From positions 6,240 to 37,299 of the forward strand of contig JBHLQM010000030.1 of NCBI GenBank assembly GCA_048884785.1: a stretch of DNA of 31,060 nucleotides. Reading direction: 5' to 3'. The stretch is from Candidatus Thorarchaeota archaeon (GTDB taxonomy: Archaea > Asgardarchaeota > Thorarchaeia > Thorarchaeales > Thorarchaeaceae). The translations under genes were made by a program, and so were the position numbers. Positions 8,475 to 19,595 of the stretch are shown piece after piece; positions within the stretch are counted from its first letter, which is position 1; every line of letters begins with the position of its first letter. Under the pieces are notes generated by a model that did not search any database, had not been told where the DNA came from, and saw nothing but the letters and a program-made list of their open reading frames with translations.

Positions 8475-9038
8475 CTAGAAATCGTTTGTCCATAACTCCG
8501 TTTTTTGTCGGTTGAGTTCTCTGCGCATCTTCTCAAGATATTTGTAAACTGCAGCATGGGGTGCACCATCAATCAGCATGGTGACAGCTCTTGTTGCATA
8601 GTCAAGGCCCGGATCAATGCCAATTAGCGCTACTGTCTTCCCATATACTGATACCAATGATTCAGTGGTTTCTTCGATTACCCTTCGACTCCTGCCATTC
8701 TCGCCAATAATTCTTCCTGCCACTCGTTTTAGTTGAGCAGGAGAATTACCAACAAGATCTCTTAATGAAATAACAATGAGTCGTGCATCTTCATCAATAA
8801 GACTCAATGCGCGTTTTGGACTGAAGCCACGAGCCATAGCACGTATGATGTCCCTGGCTTTCCACACTAATACGGGATCTTCTGTGGTTTCAGGACTAGA
8901 TATTGTGACAATACCTTCCTTGGATACGGTGATGCTTGTATTGGTAAGCTTCTCAACTCGCTTTCGAACCTTGCCATTTCTTCCAACTATCACCCCTACT
9001 CTCTCTTCGGGTACTCTGATAGTTTCATGATGCATCAT
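8475..9038 (-). CDS. KH-domain pre-rRNA processing protein (Dim2/Pno1 family)
   Basis: Two KH GxxG motifs (GVIVGRNG, GRIIGENG), RGFSP, SVYGKTV, GAPH..VY; GGTGA before ATG 9038. Confidence 0.92.
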   Translation of the reverse strand: MMHHETIRVPEERVGVIVGRNGKVRKRVEKLTNTSITVSKEGIVTISSPETTEDPVLVWKARDIIRAMARGFSPKRALSLIDEDARLIVISLRDLVGNSPAQLKRVAGRIIGENGRSRRVIEETTESLVSVYGKTVALIGIDPGLDYATRAVTMLIDGAPHAAVYKYLEKMRRELNRQKTELWTNDF

Positions 9039-9825
9039 TAGATTTGTCACCTTTTGATAAGATATGTCTTGTAATTACTTGGGGGTCTACCGTTTCAACC
9101 CCAAGTTTGTTAAAATAGAATGTCAGGTTTTGAATGTCGCGGTAAAGGTACTTTGCAGCATTATCATGTCCCTTTAAGACCGCTTGAGATACATCAATGA
9201 TAACAGGCCCATCATTCCAGAGTATATTGTATTCACTCAAATCCGCATGGACTAGATCGGCCTTAGTGTATCCCAGTTCAATCATCCTGATAATCTGATT
9301 GTAGGTGTCTGCAGGAGAGGCAATCTTAACATTCCTAAGGAGAGGCGCCGCAACTCCGTTGTCATCACCTATCCACTCCATGACCAACACGTTGCGTTCT
9401 ATATCCAATGGTTCTGGGACTCGAACACCAGCCTCATGGTATCGTTTGAGGTTCTTGTATTCTTTCAGCGCCCATTGAGGTACCAAAGCTCGACTCCTCT
9501 TACCAACTCGCTTGAATCTAGGGTCGCCAGTAATATACTCCCGCATAAAATCGGTTTCAGCGGTGGATACTCGGAAAATTTTAACGGCAAGGGATTTTCC
9601 ATCGGTTGTTTCGGCTCTATACACATTTGCTTCTTTCCCTGCACTCACGACGCCATGAACTGCTGTGAATGTGTTTCGACTAAGCAATTTGTAGAGAGAT
9701 TTCAATGTGGGAGGGTCAATGACTCCTTCGATGACCTTGAATTCATCATCATCTCGTACTCGTTTCATCTTTCGGCGTTCGATTTCGTCCTCAATACGCC
9801 TTCGCTTAGTTTCCACTTTTTTCAA
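9025..9825 (-). CDS. rio1: RIO1-family Ser/Thr kinase/ATPase
   Basis: SAGKEANVY, AVKIFR, YITGDPRF, HADLSEYNIL, IIDVSQAV. Confidence 0.95.
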   Translation of the reverse strand: MKKVETKRRRIEDEIERRKMKRVRDDDEFKVIEGVIDPPTLKSLYKLLSRNTFTAVHGVVSAGKEANVYRAETTDGKSLAVKIFRVSTAETDFMREYITGDPRFKRVGKRSRALVPQWALKEYKNLKRYHEAGVRVPEPLDIERNVLVMEWIGDDNGVAAPLLRNVKIASPADTYNQIIRMIELGYTKADLVHADLSEYNILWNDGPVIIDVSQAVLKGHDNAAKYLYRDIQNLTFYFNKLGVETVDPQVITRHILSKGDKSNDAS

Positions 9826-9900
9826 TTGAACCTTTCACCCAGTTCTGCAATCACGTCTTAGGAGAATCTAGGGACAAAATTAGAAAAACCTTGAGAATTC

Positions 9901-10230
9901 TTAGAACATCTTGAGTATGCCACGTTTTTGAAGCCATTCAATCTCATTGTTCCTATATCGGTGGACAACATCACCCTTCTCGTCGCTTTGGAATTCCCAA
10001 GGAACAATTAAGACAGTATCTCCAACACGCATCCATACTCTTTTCTTAAATCGTCCAGGGATTCTTCCGATACGAATATTCCCATCCTCGCATCTTACTC
10101 TGATTCTGTCATGCCCAAGCATCTGAATAATAATACCGAAGAGTTCACCATCATTTCTATTAGGGGTTCTTACTCGAAATGGCTCTCCTTCTGGAGCTTG
10201 TCCACCTCGGCCTCTATTTCTATCTGACAA
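9901..10230 (-). CDS. eif1a: Translation initiation factor aIF-1A
   Basis: MLGHDRIRVRCEDG..R.GRIPGRFKKRVWMRVGD.V...PWEFQ..KGDV..RY; TTG start after GGAGGT. Confidence 0.96.
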   Translation of the reverse strand: MSDRNRGRGGQAPEGEPFRVRTPNRNDGELFGIIIQMLGHDRIRVRCEDGNIRIGRIPGRFKKRVWMRVGDTVLIVPWEFQSDEKGDVVHRYRNNEIEWLQKRGILKMF

Positions 10231-10329
10231 AGTATACCTCCAATTAAGGGCCTAGAAACACTTCTTCTCAGACCAATGATTTCAAGGTCCTGAGATGACA
10301 TTTAAGAGTAACGAAACATGAAACCTTCC

Positions 10330-10336
10330 AAAAAAA
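10330..10336 (-). terminator. Probable oligo-T terminator after NMD3
   Basis: T7 run on the minus strand 6 nt after the NMD3 stop codon. Confidence 0.45.
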
Positions 10337-10342
10337 CTCGCT

Positions 10343-11428
10343 TTATGAGGTCGTTTGATTCGTTTGCGGCACAATAAACCATTCGTCTTCATGTTTTAGC
10401 ATGTAAATCACATCACCTGACTGGACACTCAGTGTGTCTTCACTCTGACTGATCTCAACTATCTCAAAGGTCTTAGTATCCATTACTTGTAGAGGCTGAC
10501 CGAAGACATTGGCTACTACACTAAACGGCCTTTTCTGTGACTCTTCGGCGATGAATGAGAGGGTCTGCCATTTTGCGCTTTTCTTGTTAATGGTGAAATT
10601 TTGTTTGTCAATTAAGTCATAGCATGCTAGGCCCCCTTTTCCAAGGTCAATAACCTGACAAGGATGCCCTGATATTTTTACAAAATCACCAATAGAATAT
10701 CGTGGAAGACGAAGGAGTATCGTGATTCTGTACTTTCCTTTTCCACCTCGTTCTTGGGAGACTAGCTTATAGTTGTCCTTACGCTCTGCCAAATAGAGTG
10801 ACTCAATCTCTTCAGCAATTAGCCGACATAGATGTTCAGAGCCAATGTAGAAATCAACGCCATACTTATCGTTAATAACATCAACAATAAAGGCTCTGCT
10901 GTCCCTACCATAGGCTGAAATTGTGCGCTCGGTAACAAATTCTGCAATTGACCGTTCCTCATCCTCATTGACAGGTCGGCTATCAGCTCTAATCTGAAGA
11001 ATTGCCTCATAGTATCCACCACTCATCATGCTGCAAGTATCACAGATTGAATTGGAGAACCTGATTTCAACAGGGTAGGTTTCTTCATGTTCATCTAAAG
11101 AAGGAGCGGATCGTCCTTGGGCAATAACTCTGAGGTGAAGCACTCGATCAAGGCGATTCTCCTCTTCAAGGGAGATATTAACTCCCTTTACCAAGGGTTT
11201 GATTTCAGCATCTAAGAGAATTTGCACCTGTTCCTCTCGAACCTCATCTGGAGTTCTTCCGTTAATGGTCTTCCAACCACCAGGAACCTTTACGGCACCA
11301 CATCTCTTGCAGGTTTCCACTGAGAGAGGAGTAGAGAACTCGATTAATGGATGGTCCTTGTTGTAGCATTTCTGACAAAGACCTTCCAAAACTGAAGGCT
11401 CTCCACATAGATAACATGGAGCGGTCAA
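10343..11428 (-). CDS. nmd3: NMD3-family large-subunit biogenesis protein
   Basis: Four CxxC pairs (CYLC, CQKC, CKRC, CDTC), GYYEAILQIR, GVDFYIGS, YRITILLRLP, C-terminal LQVMD..TFE region. Confidence 0.92.
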   Translation of the reverse strand: MTAPCYLCGEPSVLEGLCQKCYNKDHPLIEFSTPLSVETCKRCGAVKVPGGWKTINGRTPDEVREEQVQILLDAEIKPLVKGVNISLEEENRLDRVLHLRVIAQGRSAPSLDEHEETYPVEIRFSNSICDTCSMMSGGYYEAILQIRADSRPVNEDEERSIAEFVTERTISAYGRDSRAFIVDVINDKYGVDFYIGSEHLCRLIAEEIESLYLAERKDNYKLVSQERGGKGKYRITILLRLPRYSIGDFVKISGHPCQVIDLGKGGLACYDLIDKQNFTINKKSAKWQTLSFIAEESQKRPFSVVANVFGQPLQVMDTKTFEIVEISQSEDTLSVQSGDVIYMLKHEDEWFIVPQTNQTTS

Positions 11429-11561
11429 GGTATGATTTTAGATAAGTGTGACTTCTTGTATTTATCCATAAGACTATGAAAAAAATTGGATATTACAAAT
11501 CGTAAAGGATTGCTCTTAAGACAACTCGAACAGCAACTCAGGATAGACTCAATGGGTAGGA

Positions 11562-11687
11562 ATGAGGGTCGTCATGGGTGAGGGAACTACTGTGAATGAG
11601 GTCATTGAGAATTATTTGCAAGGAACTGCGAAATCTTTTGGAGAAGATGAACTATGTGGTCACAGTTCCAAACATCATCAACATTGA
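11562..11687 (+). pseudogene. Probable remnant (C-terminal part) of a NifB/NifX-type dinitrogenase FeMo-cofactor-binding family gene
   Basis: 41-aa ORF MRVVMGEGTTVNEVIENYLQGTAKSFGEDELCGHSSKHHQH resembles the family C-terminus (G..V..G..GTV.E.IE.YL.G.L...C..H.H); in-frame TAG 6 codons upstream. Confidence 0.45.
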
Positions 11688-11705
11688 AAAAGCACCAACA
11701 ATGAT

Positions 11706-12008
11706 TTACAGTTTGACCCATTGAGCATGAGGTTCTCCTTCAATATAGAGGACTGCGGCCTCATGAACAAGCCCAGCGTCAATAGCAGCTTTTACAGTGT
11801 TTTTTCCTACCATATTTGCCACAGTTGCGCCTTTGAGAAATTTGACACAAGTACTGGTATCGACTAGCTCGCCGCCGTAGAAGTCAGGATTTACGGTGAA
11901 TTTAATATTCCCTTCAGTAAGAGTCTTTCCGAGAAGCTCTTCGTCGCAAGCTGAAACAAGAACATGGTCAATTGACTCACGCACTCGAATATATACAGAC
12001 TTGGCCAT
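11706..12008 (-). CDS. DUF424 family protein
   Basis: VLVSACDEELLGK...V...FYGG...ATVANMVG...V..AI..G......V..I.G.PHAQ; ATG 12008 follows GAGGT. Confidence 0.9.
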   Translation of the reverse strand: MAKSVYIRVRESIDHVLVSACDEELLGKTLTEGNIKFTVNPDFYGGELVDTSTCVKFLKGATVANMVGKNTVKAAIDAGLVHEAAVLYIEGEPHAQWVKL

Positions 12009-12018
12009 GATTGGTACC

Positions 12019-12432
12019 TCACACTGGACGAATTGATGTGCTTGCACCGCATGCGGAGCATTTTAGGTAATAGGCACCTGCTTCTTTTTCCATATTTGTA
12101 TCTGGACGGCCACAGACGGGACAGATTACATACGCATCGATATATCTGGCAAGAACGTCGTCAACACTTTCAGGTGTGAATTTGCCCTGAAAGATTGCAC
12201 TTCCACCCTCAATATTTCCGGCTGTTGCAAGTTGACCTGCGACGTATTTGAGAACCTCTTTTCCAGGTCTATTAAGAACTGATAGAATCTCTTGAAAGTT
12301 CTGCCAAATGCTTCTCGTTCCCTGTACCATCAATTGGACATCAGGGACTTGAAAGCGCTCTCCAGATCTCTTGAATGCGTCCTCTGGAACATTTGCTCGG
12401 GCTCTATCAAGAATCTTCTCGTAGTCGTCCAT
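12019..12432 (-). CDS. eif2b: Translation initiation factor aIF-2 beta subunit
   Basis: DYEKILDRA, ERFQVP, NF.EI...LNR, YVICPVCGRPDT, LKCSACGA. Confidence 0.96.
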   Translation of the reverse strand: MDDYEKILDRARANVPEDAFKRSGERFQVPDVQLMVQGTRSIWQNFQEILSVLNRPGKEVLKYVAGQLATAGNIEGGSAIFQGKFTPESVDDVLARYIDAYVICPVCGRPDTNMEKEAGAYYLKCSACGASTSIRPV

Positions 12433-12484
12433 ATATCATATCTCCTCGTGATAGTTATTGAAGGTTCTTATTGAGTAGTTTCTG

Positions 12485-13180
12485 CTAAACTATGGCTCTG
12501 TAGAGACCCACCTCTTCTTCAATGATTTTTTCTTCGTCAACCAAGACTATCAATTCTAATTGTATCTTCACTGATTCTATCCCTTTTTTCTCAAAATGCT
12601 TGGCAATGTCCTCAATACGAACTCCACCTTCTGGACTGCTAGCTTTTATGTAATCAAGAATTTCACTCGCAAGATTTCCCAGACTGGTGCTTCCTTTTGC
12701 TTTCTTTTTAGTTTCTACAGAGGTGTCATATGACATAAGTTCACCTCCATCAATATCCGCCTGCGTTTTTGTATGCTCCTTGCCACCTAGTCTTAGAATT
12801 GCAAGCTGTCTTTCAAAATTGTGAAGGGTGATTAGATTTGGATCATCAATCTCGCGTACAATCTCAGGTCCGATGTATATTTCGCCTTGATACTCGCGAA
12901 CCTTGCCAATTACAAGAGCCATAATGTTACCGCTTATTTTCTGAAGCATGTCTCCCTCTGTGCCCCAAGCTTTCACACGAATGGTTTCAGTTCCATCATC
13001 AATGGTTATACTGGCGTAGTTGTTGTTTCCTGTGACTTGATCTACGATATTACCGATAAGTGCAACTCTGCGTAATTCCACTCCTTTTGGAGAAATTACT
13101 CGTGGTCCGTCATCATCTCCAAAATCGCCATTCATAATATCAGCAACCGATGCGCGTATGGCCGTCATTCGCTCTCTCAT
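12485..13180 (-). CDS. OB-fold ssDNA-binding protein, RPA2/RPA32-like, with probable C-terminal winged helix
   Basis: R.TA....ADI..G, RRVALIG.IVD, ITIDDGTETIRVKAW, VIGKVREY.GE..I.PEIVR; linker, then ILDYIK...GV.IEDI...L..L.DE.KI.E...G.YR. ATG 13180 follows AGGTGA. Confidence 0.8.
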   Translation of the reverse strand: MRERMTAIRASVADIMNGDFGDDDGPRVISPKGVELRRVALIGNIVDQVTGNNNYASITIDDGTETIRVKAWGTEGDMLQKISGNIMALVIGKVREYQGEIYIGPEIVREIDDPNLITLHNFERQLAILRLGGKEHTKTQADIDGGELMSYDTSVETKKKAKGSTSLGNLASEILDYIKASSPEGGVRIEDIAKHFEKKGIESVKIQLELIVLVDEEKIIEEEVGLYRAIV

Positions 13181-13260
13181 AGTCAAGTCACCTGTCTGCC
13201 AAGTCTTCCTCATGACCATGCTTTATAGAGTTCTCGGAAGATTGAGCAAGTAGGGATGAC

Positions 13261-14295
13261 CTAGAAGAAATCTGTTAAGGAACTCTGCTGGGAGGACCCT
13301 CGTATCTCCTCTAGTTTTTGAGTCAACTTCTCAAGAGAGCTCTGTACACGATTCTCGCTGAAGTCGTGCTCTGAACAGAGGATTTTGATAAGCAGATCCT
13401 GATTGGGTAGTTTCCATTCAGGTGAAGAAACATCAACACGTGGAGGGTTCAGAAAAATCTCTCGGATCTCCTCATAAGGAAAGTCAATTTCCAATTTACC
13501 TTCCTTTACGGCACCTTCCAGACTTCCGTGCTTCTTTATCAGCTTCAGAGCAGTTTTTTGTCCTATACCAGGGACTTTGTCATTATAGTCGGTGCCAACA
13601 AGCATTGCAATGTCAATAAGTTGCTCTCTTGTAATATCAAGATACTTGAGATTAAAATCAAGGTCGATGAGCTCAGGTGATATCGTCTTGAATGTCCGGG
13701 CACGTGATACCCTTCTACGTCCAGTAATGGACAGATTCCTAATCATTCGTGGACAATTATACAACAACGAGTCGTTATCTTGACTTGCACTTGCCCATAC
13801 AACTCTATCTCGAGCCATCTGGGCAGCTAGTGCCTCACCTTCTGATGGAGCTTGGATATGGGGAATTCCCAATGCAGTAAGAGCCCTCTTACTTTCTTCC
13901 ACCATTTCATTTGTGAGCCGTGAGCTTGCTTGAGCCGCTTTCCGAGCATCTTCAATGCGGCCCTCTTCCTTGGCAATCTCCCATTCCTTTTCTGCGGCAT
14001 CTCTAATCTCCCTCCGGCGCTCAACCTCTCTTGCCTTGAGCTGTGGTGATTCTCCATCAAATACAAAAACAGGACGGATACCTTGTTCTAGTAGATTGAT
14101 ATTCCTATAGAAGAGACCACTCAAGTGACTTGTCACTCTTCCCTTTCTATCCATTAAAGGAGTGCCGTCAGGTTGTCTAATTATGGAGAGAAACTGATAG
14201 AGTGTATTGAAAGCATCTATTGCAATTTCCTTCCCCCTAAGATCTGAGAGTGTGATAGACTGTGCCGCTATAATATCACCGAGCTTCGTTCCCAC
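13261..14295 (-). CDS. fen: Flap endonuclease 1
   Basis: AIDAFNTLYQFLSIIRQPDGTPLMD, TSHLSG, FVFDG, APSEGEA, SQDNDSLL, VGTDYN, GIGQKTA; C-terminal PIP box QSSLTDFF. GTG start at 14295 gives the canonical MG..LG N-terminus. Confidence 0.97.
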   Translation of the reverse strand: MGTKLGDIIAAQSITLSDLRGKEIAIDAFNTLYQFLSIIRQPDGTPLMDRKGRVTSHLSGLFYRNINLLEQGIRPVFVFDGESPQLKAREVERRREIRDAAEKEWEIAKEEGRIEDARKAAQASSRLTNEMVEESKRALTALGIPHIQAPSEGEALAAQMARDRVVWASASQDNDSLLYNCPRMIRNLSITGRRRVSRARTFKTISPELIDLDFNLKYLDITREQLIDIAMLVGTDYNDKVPGIGQKTALKLIKKHGSLEGAVKEGKLEIDFPYEEIREIFLNPPRVDVSSPEWKLPNQDLLIKILCSEHDFSENRVQSSLEKLTQKLEEIRGSSQQSSLTDFF

Positions 14296-14454
14296 AATAT
14301 CCACTCCAAAATACGAGTTGTATTCAGTCAAATCAGTCATATAATAATTGGGGCCGTGCGATTTTGGGTTCATACGTACTCTTCGTTAAGTTTATAATTG
14401 TCCCACAAGGTGGGCCCAAGGAACACCAACAAAATACTATACTCTGGTGATACT

Positions 14455-14631
14455 TTGTCGACACTAAAAGCAATCAGATGTACATCATGCCATGGTTCGG
14501 TTTCTCCTCAGGAACATAGTGTGAAAATGGCATGTCCAAACTGCGGTGGATTCACAATATGGCGTTGTGAGTCTTGCAGGCGATTCTCAAACAGATATAC
14601 TTGCCCAAACTGTGGCTTTGAGGGACCATAG
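14455..14631 (+). CDS. Small Zn-ribbon protein (DUF1610 / HVO_2753 family)
   Basis: CTSC...CPNCG...IWRCESCRR...YTCPNCGFEGP; usual position upstream of aEF-1beta; TTG 14455 after GGTGA. Confidence 0.9.
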   Translation: MSTLKAIRCTSCHGSVSPQEHSVKMACPNCGGFTIWRCESCRRFSNRYTCPNCGFEGP

Positions 14632-14650
14632 TATTCTAGGTGTGAGAAGA

Positions 14651-14920
14651 ATGGCGCGAGTCATTATTACTGTAAGGGTCATGCCAGAAGACATCGATGT
14701 GGATTTGGAGAATCTATTTGAGCGAATCAAAGAGAATGTTCCAGAGGGCACGGATGTCAGAGCAAACGAGATTGTGCCAGTGGCTTTTGGATTGAAGGCA
14801 TTACGAATTAATTTTGCACGTGATGAGTCACTTGGCGGAACGGATGATATCGAAGAAGCGATTGGAAAGCTTACCGGTGTTTCGCAGGTTGAAGTTGAGG
14901 TTGTTTCGAGAATCTCATGA
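14651..14920 (+). CDS. ef1b: Elongation factor aEF-1 beta
   Basis: MARV.ITVRVMPE..DVDL, PVAFGLKAL, GGTDDIEEAI..L.GVSQVEV..VSRI. Confidence 0.95.
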   Translation: MARVIITVRVMPEDIDVDLENLFERIKENVPEGTDVRANEIVPVAFGLKALRINFARDESLGGTDDIEEAIGKLTGVSQVEVEVVSRIS

Positions 14921-15040
14921 TTCAGCAATTTCTCGTTGCAAAAAGGATCATCAGGTTATTGGCGCTGATTTTGTATCCTAACTCAGAGTTTAAATTAATA
15001 GAGTCTACGCACCAGCTATCAACCCATAGATGATAGTTGA

Positions 15041-15048
15041 TTATATAT
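15041..15048 (+). promoter_or_regulatory. Candidate TATA box of the cdc48 operon
   Basis: TTATATAT within the 241-nt intergenic region upstream of cdc48. Confidence 0.4.
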
Positions 15049-15080
15049 GATGAGAAATACTCATTATCAGTAGTCTTTGA

Positions 15081-17360
<2,280 letters not shown>

Positions 17361-17369
17361 TGATGATAA

Positions 17370-17630
17370 TTGGCCCCATGGAACGCAATGCCACTTAGGA
17401 ATATGATAATCGCAATCATCCAGAAACGTCGAGGAATAATATTGGATGATGAACTAACTAGGGCACTAAAGAAGGAACTGGGTAGTGAGCCAAGCGAGGC
17501 CGAGTTGAACTCTGCCTTGTTGAAGCTAGAAATCAATGGGATAGTTCATGTCAGTCAAATCACTAAGACCAAACGTCGAATCGAAGTGATTACAGATGCT
17601 CATGAGTTCCTCGCAGTTGATGAGGATTAG
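17370..17630 (+). CDS. Small conserved archaeal winged-helix-like protein downstream of cdc48
   Basis: 86 aa, 9 nt after the cdc48 stop; W...PL...I..I.....G...D.EL...L.....S..ELN.AL.KLEI.G.V.V pattern fits a wHTH. Confidence 0.7.
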   Translation: MAPWNAMPLRNMIIAIIQKRRGIILDDELTRALKKELGSEPSEAELNSALLKLEINGIVHVSQITKTKRRIEVITDAHEFLAVDED

Positions 17631-17657
17631 CTATGCTCAGGCGATAGGTGATTGTAT

Positions 17658-18119
17658 ATGGTGGGAAAGCGAGTTCTCGCTGCAGGAAAATTCGATATTC
17701 TCCACCTGGGACATCTTGCCTATCTCGAGCAATCGAGAGAATTAGCTGGCCCGGATGGTGAGCTAATAGTTGTCATAGCAAGGGATGATACAATAGAGAG
17801 AGAAAGAGGAGCCCCTCCAGTTTTTCCCCAAGAGCAGAGACGCCGTCTAGTTGAATCACTAAGAATAGTCGATAAAGCAATCATAGGGTACAAAACTGAT
17901 GACCACTCATTAATTGTCAGAGACATAATGCCAGACATAATCGCACTGGGATATGACCAGAGGACAAACATTGAACACCTCGAACGTACGTTCCGTGAAA
18001 TGGGATTGAAAACGCAGATCAAGCGTTTGGAGAAGCGAGATGCAGATGGATTGTGCTCCTCAAGTCTCATCCGTAGCAAAATAATTGAGTACTACAGAGA
18101 GAATGGGCATCCTCACTAA
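17658..18119 (+). CDS. ribL: Archaeal FAD synthase (cytidylyltransferase-like family)
   Basis: GKFDILHLGH (HxGH), VIARD, P..P.EQR...V.SLR.VD.A..G, PDIIALGYDQ, CSSS.IR.KI. Confidence 0.8.
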   Translation: MVGKRVLAAGKFDILHLGHLAYLEQSRELAGPDGELIVVIARDDTIERERGAPPVFPQEQRRRLVESLRIVDKAIIGYKTDDHSLIVRDIMPDIIALGYDQRTNIEHLERTFREMGLKTQIKRLEKRDADGLCSSSLIRSKIIEYYRENGHPH

Positions 18120-18122
18120 GAT

Positions 18123-19463
18123 TCAAATCACTAATTCGCCGCGTGCCTCAATTTCACGAATCTGACGTGCTCTTGTTTCTCTCATATTAAAGCTCCACTT
18201 CCACAGGATGTATGATGCGACAATCGCTCCAAGCATTATCAAGATGAGTCCTATTGATTCTGTAAATGATAGCGGGAAATTGGCTAGAAAGTCAGGCAGA
18301 GGACCGAGAATAAAGTATGGCCAATTAGCGAATACTCCAAGCACATATAGAAAACCTACGATTGTAATCTCTTTCAGATATCCGACAGCATGTTCGTTAG
18401 TATCAAAGAGGAATATTATGCATCCAAACCAGAAGAGATACCAGGGCATCACCCATCTGAAGATAAACAGAAGACCTGGAATAAGATAGAGGTATAATGG
18501 GCGCAGCATTAAGATCCTTTGTTTCCAAGATGCGGCTGCGAGTGCTTCTTTCTGAGGGAGATACTGGTGTATAGTGAAAAGCAAGAATGCCGCATAAACT
18601 ACCAGAGGAATCAATGCTGGCGGCCAGATGTAGGAGGTTGACGATCCAGCTACTAAGTCAGGAGTTTCCCACGCTAGGCCTGGAAACATTGGATTCACAA
18701 CATATGCACTATATTCAGTTGTATTCAGGAAATGCTGCAAGAGGGAGTCAAAACGGGTTCCAATCGCGAAGGGTATGATTGTTATTAATAGTGAAAGAAG
18801 AAGCCAGATTATAGAAATAGGTGAAGCAAGAAAGAGAATAGGTAGTGCTACAATAGAATAGATCTTTGTTTGGATTGATAGCCCTAGTGCGACCATTGCT
18901 TTGCCATTTTGACCCTCTCGGCTCAAAACTATAGCCATAAGCATTAGACAGTCAGTGATTGGTTCAAGTTTACCGCCGCCTGCAGACATTATCAGACCAT
19001 AGGTGAAATAGCCGGCAAAGAATAGGCGAGCCCATCTCACATTATACATCTTGTCCCTCAAAAGGATGGCAATAAGAATCAGGTTCAGGTTGAAAACAAG
19101 AACCAGAATGAAATTTAGCCAAAGGTGTTGCAGACCACCCACTCCAGGGTATAGCCATGTGGCTATTGCAAAGAAAATCAATCCAAAAACAGGATATTCG
19201 AATGTTATATTCCCCAGATACGGAGGGAGGGTATGATGACCATCATTGTAAGGGGGACCCATTACCTCAGCTACTTCTGTATCAGTCATCTCGTAAACTG
19301 AAAAACCATAGATCCAGAATGCTTCTCCATACATCTCACTGCGATTTCTATCTCTTTGAATTACAAGGGTGTCAGCTATAGGAATTGCAATCATAGATAT
19401 CATGAGCGAGAGCACTAGGTACTTTCGCATTTCGTATATCTTGAAAGAAATCGCGCTTAGCAA
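18123..19463 (-). CDS. Polytopic membrane protein, GT-C-fold glycosyltransferase-like (GT87/PIG-M-like)
   Basis: About 10-11 hydrophobic segments, first-loop FEYPV, GKLEP..D, ALGLSIQTKIY..VALP, PWYLFW. Start may be ATG 19430. Confidence 0.6.
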   Translation of the reverse strand: MLSAISFKIYEMRKYLVLSLMISMIAIPIADTLVIQRDRNRSEMYGEAFWIYGFSVYEMTDTEVAEVMGPPYNDGHHTLPPYLGNITFEYPVFGLIFFAIATWLYPGVGGLQHLWLNFILVLVFNLNLILIAILLRDKMYNVRWARLFFAGYFTYGLIMSAGGGKLEPITDCLMLMAIVLSREGQNGKAMVALGLSIQTKIYSIVALPILFLASPISIIWLLLSLLITIIPFAIGTRFDSLLQHFLNTTEYSAYVVNPMFPGLAWETPDLVAGSSTSYIWPPALIPLVVYAAFLLFTIHQYLPQKEALAAASWKQRILMLRPLYLYLIPGLLFIFRWVMPWYLFWFGCIIFLFDTNEHAVGYLKEITIVGFLYVLGVFANWPYFILGPLPDFLANFPLSFTESIGLILIMLGAIVASYILWKWSFNMRETRARQIREIEARGELVI

Positions 19464-19595
19464 ACTCTCAACCGCCGTATTTTGGGAATTTATTTATTTC
19501 AAATGCCTCGCAGCAAGACGCATTGTTAACTCTTTTGACAGATATTCTCCTCTCAATCTGTCGTGATATATCTAGGCTTGTGATATAAACAGTCA

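Noticed and set aside
14296-14650. N-terminal extensions of FEN1 (from 14373), the Zn-ribbon protein (from 14398) and aEF-1beta (from 14546) in the ORF track
   Set aside because: Family-typical N-termini begin downstream, with SD motifs for FEN1 and the Zn-ribbon gene; the extensions are longest-ORF artefacts.
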